From: Squalus acanthias
Lineage: Eukaryota
DNA: 64,000 nucleotides
Reading direction: 5' to 3'
Assembly (NCBI GenBank): GCA_030390025.1
Contig: CM059432.1
Span: 114,516,001 to 114,580,000 of the forward strand
How positions within the stretch are numbered: position 1 is the stretch's first letter; every line of letters begins with the position of its first letter. The notes beneath the pieces were generated by a model. That model saw nothing but the letters and a program-made list of their open reading frames with translations, was not told the origin of the DNA and made no database searches. The position numbers were made by a program, and so were the translations under genes. This document shows positions 24,261 through 35,727 of the stretch, piece after piece.

Positions 24261-24892
24261 CCGTTACATCATGATGTACAGACTGTAGGTTGGACACATG
24301 TCTGTCACTTTATGTGTTTTATCAACTTGCAACTTCTTCAGTCTACTCTTTTGCACAAGATACAGGAAACAAACTGGAGGAGGGCCAAGAAATTACAAGC
24401 CCTCATCTTCCTTGGAGGAGGTCACTCTGGACATGCTTTCCTTTTAAGTGTATCAAAGGAGTCGGGAGAGATGAACCCAGACGTCTCCCTGAAGCTAGTA
24501 CCATCCTGCTCTTGTAATGACTTGTTTCCCTTCTCGTTCACTGACACACAACCACCATATACAAGCTCGATTTCAAGAAGGTTTTTGGAGCCAGTATGCT
24601 AATATTTGTGCTTTCTATTGTTGCAGGCCTGTAAGAGCAGCCTGACAGCACTATCAGTGGTGAAGAACAAGACATCGCCTCACAGCACCCTGTGCCCCCT
24701 TATCAATGTTTGCAAGCAGCAGCACAGCTACACAAATTCCAGAACATGCATTTAATGAGCTTGGAAAAGTAGTATTGGTGAGTCACAGGGTATAGGTGAA
24801 GAATAGCAAGCGTGGTGCTGGACGAGGAGATGGAATCTGCTGCCTAGAAGAGCCCCTTTACATTAGGAAATTGGACAACTGTGTCATTCTAT

Positions 24893-25921
24893 AATAAAAA
24901 CAGAAAATGCTGGAAATACACAGCAGGTCAGGCAGCATCTATGGAGAGAGAAACAGAGTTAATGGGGGCGATTTTGCCAGCCCTGGGGAGGCGGGTTTGG
25001 AGGCAGGACTGCCAGGAAAATGGCAGAATTTGGGGGCGGGTACCCATCCCGCCTCCGTGCCATCTTCCCAGGAGGCGAGTACCCAACCTGCCCATCTCCT
25101 GGAGGCAGGAAGGGGATTACAGCCACTTAACTGCCTGTTAACAGGTAGTTAACAGGCAGTTAAGAGGATTATCCCCATTTTTCCAACAGAGGTGCGGGCT
25201 TCCTGATATTGGGAAACCCCGCCAGGGTCAGCGAGGCGAGCAGTGGGTCTGCGGCAGTCGGAGGGGTCCAAAAGTGCGCTGTGGAGGTGAGTGATGGGTG
25301 CAAGTGTGGAGAGGTAAATATGTGAGGCGAGTGAAAAGTGTTAGAAAAAGTTTACTTACCTTTGTTTCTTCCTGCAGGCTTCAATCGTTGGGGATCCAGA
25401 GGCTCCGGCATCTCCACGGCAGAGATGACAGAATGGCAATGCAACAGCCATCTGCTTTCTGCTCAGGAAATAGGTTTGGTGAGCCTTGAGTACAAGAACT
25501 CACCAAACAACAGAGAATGTCAGTGTTTGACAGCTTCTCAAAACTGTCAAACGATGACAATTCATCTGTCAAAAATTTTTGACAGATGAAACGTCATACG
25601 CTGACGTTCTCTGTAGCCGGCTTTCCCTTAATTGGCCTGCTAAGCCCGCTGGGCGGGCTTAACAAGGTCAATCAAGGGAAAATAGTGTGGATTGGCCACA
25701 AGTCAATGGAGGCGGGACTAAAACCCGACAAGCAGCAGTTCCGCCTCCAACGCGCCCCCATTGGCAAAATCACCCCCAACGTTTCAGGTCGATGACCCTT
25801 TGTCATCGACCTGAAACGTTAACTCTGTTTCTCTCTCCACAGAGGCTGTTTGACCTGCTGAGTATTTCCAGCATTTTCTGTTTTTATTTCAGATTTCCAG
25901 CATCCGCAGTATTTTGCTTTT
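24893..25921. repeat. Fold-back (palindromic) element, probably a Penelope-like terminus, interrupted by a MITE
   Basis: Left arm aataaaaacagaaaatgctggaaatacacagcaggtca..agagttaa is the reverse complement of ~25819-25888; perfect central hairpin aacgtttcaggtcgatgac-ccttt-gtcatcgacctgaaacgtt. Confidence 0.75.
24964..25777. mobile_element. Non-autonomous PIF/Harbinger element, family D (814 bp)
   Basis: 16-bp TIR GGGGGYGATTTTGCCA; flanks AAT / AAC (3-bp duplication with one change). Confidence 0.85.
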
Positions 25922-26217
25922 GTATTTGTGTCTCCTGTTGGTATTCAGTGGGAAAAGGAATGAAAGTGCTGGCATCAGTCAGTGAACTGTTTGATACATA
26001 CTGCCTAATACTGCAGAGGATGATTATCTGGAAGGAGGTGCAGGCAGACAGCTGGAGGGCGATGATGACCTTGACTACCAGTAGCCGTGCCATCTCTACA
26101 TTTTAGGTTGGCTGTAGGTGTCCTCGCAGCAGCTGGGACAGCTCTGCAACTGCCTCCATGTTAACCTGGAGCCTACAGAGGCAAGTGTCTTCAGTCAGTG
26201 CCAATTAGTTGTGACAG

Positions 26218-26259
26218 CGGTTGTAGATAGTTATGCCGGTTGTAGATAGTTATGCCGGT
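26218..26259 (+). repeat. Perfect 19-bp tandem duplication
   Basis: (cggttgtagatagttatgc)x2 + cggt. Confidence 0.95.
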
Positions 26260-27089
26260 AATATAACAGCAGGTGCAGACAGTCTAGCTCTGGTTCCAAC
26301 TGATCTACCTGGCATGCCTTCTTTCATCTTGTACCACTTCAATCATGAAATAGTTTTTGATGAGTTTTAAAAGTAATTTCAATTGTTACTTTTCCATTAA
26401 TTTCCCATGCAGCATGGAATTCTGTAGCTAGCAGTTAGATACTTTGCTGCTCCAAATTGGAGTTGAAGTTTGCATTACAATAGCCTTTTATTGCAATATC
26501 TGCTCTTTTATGATCTTTGTGTTGTGGTGGACTATTGTAAATGTTTCAATGATAGTCGACTTTCAGGAGATTTTGCAAACAATAGCGGACTATTTTTGTT
26601 TCTACATAAACATTCCCTCCAAATAAACGAAACTGAAAGAACAGCACTAAAAAGCCATTGAAAAGGTGACAAAAATGTTTTTAAAAATCAATGCAAATAG
26701 CCTCTGCCTTTCTGCACATGGTACTTCCCCTTTTGTCTACTCTAGATGGGTGAAAATCCTACATACTGCAATCCCAACTAAATGGGTGGGAAATCGTACA
26801 AGAGCCATTTAAATGAATCCAAATCTTACAATGAAACTCACACGAAATGTGCAAGGGCACTTTAGGTTGGAAGATCATGCACAGCGTCAATTGAGTTGGA
26901 GTCTGGCAAAAAGGAATGCTGTCCATTTTGTCAGACATCACAGAGCATTCCATGTTGGTGGGATTGATGCCGATGGCTGGAAAGTCTACCCTAGTATTTC
27001 AAGATTTATGAAATCTGATCAACTGGAAGGCTGACCAGCCCAGTGAGAGAAAGATAATTTCAGATTTGAAAATCCCTGGCACCCAGGTA

Positions 27090-27566
27090 GAAGAAGAAGA
27101 AGAAGACGACTTGAATTTATATAGCGCCTTTCACGACCACCGGACGTCTCAAAGCGCTTTACAACCAATTAAGTACTTTTGAAGTGGAGTCACTGTTGTA
27201 ATGTGGGAAATGCGGCAGCCAAATTGCGCACAGCAAGCTCCCACAAACAGCAATGTGATAATGACCAGATCATCTGTTTTTGTTATGTTGGTTGAGGGAT
27301 AACTATTGGCCAGGACACCGGCGAGAACTCCCCTGCACTTCTTCGAAATAATGCCGTGGGATCTTTTACGTCCACCTGAGAGAGCAGACAGGGCTTCGGT
27401 TTAACGTCTCATCCGAAAGACGGCACCTCCGACAGTGCAGCACTCCCTCAGCACCGCACTGGAGTGTCAGCCTAGCTTTGGGTGCTCAGGTCCCTGAAGT
27501 GGGACTTGAACCCACAACCTTCTGACTCAGAGACGAGTGTGCTACCCACAGAGCCACAGCTGACAC
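27090..27566 (-). mobile_element. Full-length tRNA-derived Deu-domain SINE (SacSINE1-like) with L2-type tail
   Basis: Reverse-complemented tRNA head (ggacttgaaccc B-box), Deu-domain text tttaacgtctcatccgaaagacggcacctccgacagtgcagcactccc, tail tttatatagcgcc followed by (TTC)n. Confidence 0.85.
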
Positions 27567-27756
27567 TAAGAGGCCTTGAAGGGAATGGAAGTAAAATATA
27601 CTATCCAGTTAATGCGCTTGCTGAGATCATCAAATTTTGTAAGTTATTTTCAAATTTCTATTCAGATATTAAGATAATGAGTTTCTCATAGTAAACAGAA
27701 GCAGTCAAAGACAACTTTACATCTCTGTGAAAGAGGCATAAACACAGATGCACCTA

Positions 27757-28060
27757 CATAAGAACATAAGAATTAGGAGCAGGAGAAGGCCATATGACCC
27801 TTCAACGACTCAGCATCCACAGCCCTTTCAGGTAGAGAATTCCAAAGATTCACAACCCTCTGAGTGAAGAGATTCCTCTTCATCTCAGTCTTAAATGGCC
27901 GACCCCTTATCCTGAGACTATGCCCCCTAGTTCTAGACTATTCAGCCAGGGGAAACAACCTCTCAGCATCAACCCTGTCAACTCCCCCCCCCCCCCCCCC
28001 CCCGCCACCCTCAGAATCTTAGATGTTTCAATGAGATCACCTCTCATTCTTTTAAACTCT
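27757..28060 (-). mobile_element. CR1 3' fragment with internal deletions
   Basis: acataagaacataag tail and gaattccaaagattcacaaccctctgagtgaag (FTQRVVNLWNSL on the minus strand). Confidence 0.85.
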
Positions 28061-30076
28061 AGGCTGCTAATTCTGACAGAGTTCACCCACTGCCTCCATG
28101 TCTGGGTGATAACTTCATCCCCATGATGAAAAATATCATGAGATTATGGAAGTGGGAGATGAAGAGGGTGTGTGATTAAAGAGAGTGGCTTCCTAAACTG
28201 GGGTTGTTAAACGCCACCCCAATGAACAGTTCCTGGATTATATTCTCTTTTGTTTAACGCTGGTTGCTTTACTCCCTCTGCTGGATATATACAGAACAAA
28301 CACAATATTCAAAATCCAGAATAAATATAAAAAAGCACAATGTACATGATTCTCTACCACTTTTAGTTTATCATTCTCCCAATATTTTATCCATTACATA
28401 CTAACAAAACCACATAATTAACTGAAGCCTGCAGTTACAAAGATAGAAGAAGAGGTTACTAGTTTTCAAATTGAAAACTTGAGCAAGGCAAGCAGCTCCT
28501 TGACTTATGTTCCACGTCCAATTACTTAAGTTGTGATGATAGATGTAGTTGCATTGTTTAATATGGCTTACTTTAATGTACCCTTATCTCTCTTGATGCT
28601 ATACCACAAAAATATGTTCATCGCAAATAAAGTGCAGAACTAAAAATAATTCACATTTTTATTTTGTAATTTACTTTCGAAGGATTAGATAACTAATCCT
28701 TCAACCTGTCTGTTCCTGCTGTCTGCACCCTCTCTCCAGGATAAATAGAATCCATCGTGCATCTGGTAGTCAGCCAAATGCATCGTTACTGCCCCATGGA
28801 CTGCCTAACAAATGAGGAGTGAGGTGGGTTGTCAAGTTGCAGGCAGAATGTTGTGATAAGAAAAGTGGTACTCTAAGGTTTTTTTAAATAGACTTTGAGT
28901 GTTTGAATAGATTAACTGGCTATTCATTGCTCTTGTTCTTGTGGAACCTTGCCGCATACAAAATGGCTGCTATGATCTTTGAGTTGCCTGGCAACATTTT
29001 GTGTTGCTGTGGCTTTCATCACTATAATAATCACAATTAGTTGCCAGTGAAGCACTTTGGTGCAGCCCGGGAGATGTGACAATATGCTATATATATAAAA
29101 AAAAGGTTTATAAATGTTCCAATGCTTGTTACTTCATTCTTCACTTGATAAACACAGAATTCACCATCATTCTATATTTGCTAGATTGTGATTATTTGCA
29201 ATGTTACTGCTATCAAGGCCGGATTAAGAAATCCAATCCTTTTTTAGTCTGATGTCTAACTACAGTATAAGTGATAAATACTATTAAAATATGATGGCAA
29301 CATATCAACTTTGCCATGCTGTGATCTTTGTTAAAATTTGAGATATTTCGAGTGGTGAAAGCCATAGCAAGACACAATGTTATCAGGCAACTCAAAGGTC
29401 ATACATCAAATCTGTCAGAGTAGTCTTTTAGTTTTTTTCAAGGAATTTTCACAAATTGGGAGAGTTGAGTGGTGCTATAAATGAAACACTGCTTTCACCA
29501 CTATGATTTAAGTTTGAATCCACTACACAGTATATCGGTTGACAGACACTCTGATGACTGTCAAATTCCCATAATTCAGCAGAGTGGCAATAATTGGACA
29601 ACTTTACACAATGACAATGTCAGAAGTGGAAATATCAGGCTAATGTAACAGGAGATTCTTTTTAGGGTTAAAGTATATCATTGGCACAGTGCAACCCGAG
29701 GGACCCTGAAATGCTCATGATCTGTTCCACACTTGATAGAGAGATTCTTAATGTTGGCACTTGGTGAAAAAAGTGGAACGTTGTTCATTTTGCTGAGACA
29801 CTGAAACTCAACTTTAGCAGGGCGAAAAACAAGCAAGTCGACACCACTTATACAGCCGTCCAATATTCATCTGCATTGACTTCAATGGAAAGGGAAATTG
29901 GACAGAGTGTATAATGGGTGGCTGATGCGCTAACGCCTGTTTTGCAACACCGCCAATGTTGAATTAAACCCCCACTAACACCCCTCACCAAAACGTGTAA
30001 AAGAATACTACAGATAGATGGAGAGTGAAGCACACTTGAGTATAAATATACTGCACCATGAAATAGTAAGACATAC

Positions 30077-30976
30077 GGCCCCGATTTTAACTCTGACAAG
30101 GTTTTAGATTGGAAACTCACCCACTGCTGCTGAAATCAGGCTGTTTTAATGCTCAAACCTCACCCACGTGCCACTGGAACCACCTCCTACAGCTGCCAAC
30201 CTGCGGAAAATGGGGCTTTCCATGGTTGCTTGCCAGCATGCTAGTTGGTGTGTGGAACGGGGTTTCGGGAAGGTCTTGCAAAAAGGAAAGGGGGAAGAAT
30301 CCGGGGCAGGGGGGAGGCCTACAGTTTCTTTGTGGGCCCAGAAGACCATTTCTGCTCCTTGAAAAACTTACCTTTCAGGGCTTCTTCATGTCCCGATCCT
30401 CTCTTGATCTGGTTTAGCTTGGCGGGAAAGTCACAGGGCTTTACCCACTCAGGTTAGACTTAAAATTGCAGTCGGGGCCTGATGGCATAATCATAACCAG
30501 ATCTGAGAGGTCAAAGCCACGATCAGAGGAGGAGGGGTTGAGAAGTCAGGCCCGCGATCGGGAGGAGGTGGGGTGCAGCCTGGCGCAAGGGAGGCTCAAG
30601 GCTTCTCTGTGAGGAGCTCCTACCCCTCCTGGTCCACAAGAAATTCTGAAAAATTAAAAACTTACCTGCTGGGCCTCATCTGGCCCAGGATTCAGCTCCC
30701 GGCAGGTTTTGCCAACACTGCACCCCCCACCCCCTCCTCAGGCCTCAGCCTGAAATTGCAGATTGGGTCCTGCTGACATCGTCGGACTCGATCTGCATAT
30801 TTAAACAGGACCTTCCTGCTGGTGACCTGCTCAAATGTGCAAGTTAATATGGGGACATGGCGGGAAGGAAGCGAGATTGGTGAGGGTAACTGACTCCCGT
30901 TATTTTAACTGCCCCTCACCCCCAGCCCCCCCCCCGCCCGTTTTCTGCCAGGTGGGGGCTGTTAAAATCGGGGGCC
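30077..30976. mobile_element. Harbinger-like non-autonomous element, family E (900 bp)
   Basis: TIR GGCCCCGATTTTAAC / GTTAAAATCGGGGGCC; target duplication not preserved. Confidence 0.7.
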
Positions 30977-31324
30977 TTGCATGCTCAATAGTTATTATAG
31001 CTCCTTTAACAGTCTTTTACTTGTCCTAAAATTAGCTCATTCATTTTTTTGACAATCCATTCAACCAAAGAATGCAAGGCTGTATAAATGTGAGATACTC
31101 TTCATAAAAAGACAAAATATTTAAAAACAAGATAAAAGGTCAAAACTGACAATGGACCAAGCACATTGAAAGACAATGAAAAGTGGAAGACATGAGAAAA
31201 AAGAATCAAAAAGCTAACTTCAGTTCACAAAGAGATACATGTATATATAATGCCGCAAAACTATCTATGTATTCAACAAACAACCGTACTTTAAAACATT
31301 CCTAAAAACATTCAAAAAACTTGC

Positions 31325-31369
31325 CTTTCCTCCCGTTAACAGGTGTAAAATGAGTTTTCTCCTCAGCAT
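31325..31369 (-). CDS. Candidate 45-nt phase-1 symmetric exon ((N)AEEKTHFTPVNGRK), GC donor
   Basis: Minus strand: T-rich tract ..ataaAG|atgctgag..gaaag|GCAAGT; open in phase 1. Confidence 0.35.
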
Positions 31370-32130
31370 CTTTATAACATTAAAAAACACAAACAATGGC
31401 ATTAATAGACAGTGACAACAGATGAGCAAAAAAGAAGCTGAAGCTATGCAATATCCAGATTGTCCAATGCACAGAAATGTAGATGAAAACTGTATTTAAC
31501 GTGTTGAAAACATCACAGTAACACCAATAAGGGATAAAAACATACACACACATAATCACACACAAGATACATCAGTCATCGATTGAATTAGGAAGCATCC
31601 TAATCTGAACCAAACAGATACAGTTAAAGGAGAGAAATGAAGATTCAAACCAGTTGCATTTAGACCAGGTTTAAACACAACTGGAGGGAACCATTCTTAT
31701 TATTCCATTTAAGCTTTTACAGAATTTTATCATGCTTTGTTAAAGCATGACACATGTTTTATAGTACGGTTACTTTCTACAGAAGCTGTGATACATTCAT
31801 TTCAGTAGCTGATCATGTCCATTATTTACGCATGAGGCTATCTATAAAGTCCATTACTAATTGGCTGAGTGCTGCATTTGTGAGATGTCCCTTCTTTCAG
31901 TTATAATGTTTCTTTCCCAAAATGGCCAATTGGTACAAAATAAACTCAGTAAAGGAAAGGCTAGACCCCCAATTCTTAAGGATGTCAGTTTAATTCCCAG
32001 ACTGCCAATTTTGGCTATGTATTATTCCATCGCACATAATTCAATCATTTAAATTTGTGTAAGTGCTGCTGAACACTAACAAAATACCCTTTTGCAATAA
32101 TAATTCCTAATAAGAATTCTTAATACTTAC

Positions 32131-32148
32131 TTCTGAATGGCTGAAAAT
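32131..32148 (-). CDS. Candidate 18-nt phase-1 microexon (DFQPFR)
   Basis: Minus strand: ttgtctgcAG|attttcagccattcagaa|GTAAGT. Confidence 0.35.
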
Positions 32149-32641
32149 CTGCAGACAATGTTTTTGCTAAAGAAATATAAGATTGCTTTATGAAGAAAAA
32201 AAATCCTTTTAAAAAGTAGCTTGTTTCAAGGTCTAATACGTAAAGAAGATATTACTGTATGATGCATGTATCTCATTTTGTGGTGCTCAGGTATTGTGTT
32301 TTCTCGGATGGAAGGCTATTAAATATTGGCTGTGGATTTTCTCCTGTGATGTTCATACAATAGGCAATTTATGGAGCACTTGGCTCCAAAGGGCTGTGTT
32401 GCAACAAGACAGTGATTCTTTTCACAATTGACCACAGCTGAGGAAAAAAGCTGTCAATTTGTTGACAGAATACACTGGAAAATCATCAGTAACTGAACCA
32501 AAATTTGGAACTTGCACTGTTTAAACAAACATCTCTCTTTAACCGAAAGAAAAAAAAAAAATAGTAAGATAAAACACAGAGTTACAACAGTATTAACACA
32601 CCACAGCACACAAATTCTACATGGTCACAGACAAGACAGAC

Positions 32642-32689
32642 CTTCCTCCACCTCTGACCACTGCTCCAGAGTATGTTCATTGTCTTCTT
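32642..32689 (-). CDS. Candidate 48-nt phase-1 symmetric exon (EEDNEHTLEQWSEVEE)
   Basis: Minus strand: tttgttggtattatgcAG|aagaagac..gaggaag|GTCTGT; purine-rich and open. Confidence 0.4.
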
Positions 32690-33049
32690 CTGCATAATAC
32701 CAACAAAGTTAAAATTTAGACTGTAAAACTCCTCTCAGACCAGTTCATATGTTATCTGACTGGTGAAAACAAGCCCTGAAGAAAAAATCTAGTAAGTAGC
32801 TCCAAAGTCATAATGAAAATGTAAATATGAGGGCATAAACTGTCAGAACCATTATATATTTCAGCAAGCATACCTAAGTTTAATGACATTGGTTTTGCTA
32901 ATTGTACATTAGCTGATTTGAACTATCAAGGAGTACAGCGCACACTGTAGTGTACATCTTCTGATTACAATGGCAAATGACATAATTTAATGATTTCCTG
33001 ATCGGAAGTACACAGAAAACAAAGCTTATATGATTATGGCCCTGAAATT

Positions 33050-35727
33050 ACATAGGAATACATAGGATATACGGCACAGAAACAGGCCATTCGGCCCAAC
33101 TAGTCCATGCCGGCGTTTATGCTCCACACGAGCCTCCTCCCGTCTTTCCTCATCTAAATCTATCAGCATTACCCTCTATTCCCTTTTCCCTCATATGCTT
33201 GTCCAGCCTCCCCTTAAATGCATCTATACTATTTGCTTCAACCACTCCCTGTGGTAGCGAGTTCCACATTCTCACCACTCTTTGGGTAAAGAAGTTTCTT
33301 CTGAATTCCCTATTGGATTTCTTGGTGACTATCTTATATTGATGGCCTCTAGTTATGCACTTCCCCACAAGTGGAAACATTCTCTCTGTATCCACTCTAT
33401 CAAAATTTTTCATAATTTTAAAGACCTCTATTAGGTCACCCCTCAGCGTTCTTTTTTCAAGAGCAAAGAGACCCAGCCTGTTCATCCTTTCCTGATATGT
33501 ATACCCTCGCATTTCTGGTATCATCCTTGTAAATCTTCTCTGCACCCTCTCCAGTGCCTCTATATCCTTTTTATAATATGGTGACCAGAACTGTACGCAG
33601 TACTCTAAGTATGGTCTAACCAAGGTTCGATATAGGTTTAGCATAACTCCCCTACTTTTCAATTCTATACCTATGGAAATAAACCCTAGTGCTTGGTTTG
33701 CTTTTTTTCTTCTCTTCTTAGGCAGTCCCTTGGAACCGAGGATGACTTGCTTCCACACTAAAAATGAGTTCTCAGGTGACTGATGAATCCAATGCGGGAC
33801 CTACAGTCTCTGTCACAGGTGGGGCAGACGGTGGTTGAAGGGGCGGGTGGGTGGGGTGCTTGGGTTGACGTGTGCTCCTTCCACTGTTTGCGCTTGGCTT
33901 CCACTTGCTCTCGGCGAAGAGACTCGAGGTGTTCGGCGCCTTCCCGGATGCTTCTCCTCCACTTTGTGCGGTCTTGGGCCAAGGATTCCCAGGTGTCGGT
34001 GGGGATGTTGCACTTTTTCAAGGAGACTTTGAGGGTGTCCTTGAAGCGTTTCCTCTGCCCACCTGGGGCTCTCTTGCCGTGTCGGAGCTCCGAGTAGAGC
34101 GCTTGTTTTGGGAGTCTCGTATCGGGCATGTGGACGATGTGACCCTTCCATCGGAGCCGATCGAGCGTGGTCAAAGCTTCGATGCTGGGGATGTGACCCG
34201 TCCATCGGAACTGATCGAGCGTGGTCAAAGCTTCAATGCTAGGGATGTTGGCCTGAGCGAGAACACTGACGTTGGTGCGCCTATCCTGCCAATGGATTTG
34301 CAGGATCTTGCGGAGGCAGCGTTGATGGTACCTCTCCAGTACTTTGAGGTGCCTGCTGTACATGGTCCATGTCTCTGAAGCATACAGGAGGGCGGGTATC
34401 ACTACTGCTCTGTAGACCATGAGCTTGGTGCTGGGTTTGAGGTCCTGGTCTTCAAACACTCTCTTTCTCAGGCGACCGAAGGCTGCACTGGCACACTGAA
34501 GGCGGTGTTGCACTTCGTCGTCGACATCTGCCCTTGTTGACAGTAGGCTCCCGAGGTATGGAAAGTGGTCCACGTTGTCCAAGGCCTCGTTATGGATTTT
34601 GATAATCAGGGAGCAGTACTGTGTGACGGGGGCAGGTTGGTAGAGGACTTTTGTCTTACGGATGTTTAGTGTAAGGCCCGTGCTCTCGTACGCTTCGGTG
34701 AAGGTGGTGACGATGGTTTGGAGTTCGACCTCAGAGTGTGCACAGACGCAAGTGTCGTCTGCATACTGTAATTCGATGACAGAGAATGGGATGACCTTGG
34801 ATCTGGACTGAAGGCGATGGAGGTTGAACAGTTTCCCGTTTGTTCTGTAGATTAGCTCCACTCCAGCGGGGAGCTTACTGAGGGTGAGATGGAGCATTGC
34901 AGCCAGGAAGATCGAGAAGAGCGTTGGTGCGATGACACAGCCTTGCTTGACCCCGGTCCGTACGTGAATTGGGTCTGTGGTGGATCCGTTGGTCAGGATC
35001 ACGGCTTGCATGTCGTCGTGAAGCAGGCGGAGGATGGTGACAAACTTTTGAGGGCAGCCGAATTTGAGGACATTCCATAATCCCTCACGATTGACGGTGT
35101 CGAAGGCCTTTGTGAGGTTAAAGAAGGCCATGTACAGTGGTTGGTGCTGTTCCCTTGTAGTTGACGCGCGGTGAAGATCATGTCCATTGTGCCCCTTAGT
35201 GAGCGGAATCCGCATTGCGACTCTGGGAGGAGCTCTTCAGCCACTGGGAGAAGGCGATTGAGGAGGTTTCTTGCGATGACTTTCCCTGTGGCAGACAGCA
35301 GGGAGACTCCTCTGTAATTACCGCAATCGGACTTGTCACCTTTCTTGAAGATGGTCACGATTACAGCATCTCTGAGATCCCCTGGCATGCTCTCCTCCTT
35401 CCAAATAAGAGAAATGAGTTCATGTATTCGCGCCAATAGTGCTTCTCCGCCATGTTTTAGCGCCTCGGCGGGGATTCCATCTGCTCCGAGGCCTTTTTTT
35501 ATGGCTTTGCTAACCTGCATTGCAACTTTTAGTGATTTGTGTATTTGTACTTCTAGATCCCTTTGTTCCTCTACCCCACCTAGACTCGCACCCTCCAAGT
35601 GATGTGACCTCCCTATTCTTCCTACCAAAATGTAATATCTCACATTTATCTGTGCTGAACTTCATTTGCCAATGAAATGCCCATTCTGCAAGTTTATTAA
35701 TGTCCTCCTGTAACTTGTTGCAGTTGC
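33050..35727 (-). mobile_element. 5'-truncated CR1 LINE interrupted by an RTE element
   Basis: Peptides LQEDINKLAEWA and LVRPYLEYCVQFWSP..FFTQRVV; AAATT duplicated at 33045-33049 and 35728-35732; sits just inside a GGCCCTGAAATT MITE-like end at 33038. Confidence 0.9.
33709..35492 (-). mobile_element. 5'-truncated RTE-clade LINE, frameshifted
   Basis: GADGIPAE, NYRGVSLLS, GVKQGCVIAP, LQYADD, C-terminal CPTC..H..TH zinc finger, GAA-rich tail; CTTTTTTT duplicated at 33701-33708 and 35493-35500. Confidence 0.92.

Noticed and set aside
28392..28598. Two further 27-nt minus-strand exon-like segments
   Set aside because: Both have stops in phase 1, so they are incompatible with the phase-1 chain; such motifs are common in AT-rich DNA.
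29540..29570. CTGATGA inside a TTGACAG/CTGTCAA hairpin as a hammerhead or snoRNA
   Set aside because: No correctly placed GAAA or stem II/III, and no paired C/D box arrangement.
33758..35215. 485-aa functional protein
   Set aside because: A 5'-truncated RTE with a frameshift near 35170 and a non-native N-terminus; ORFs 33150-33758 and 34999-35643 are CR1/RTE junction chimeras.
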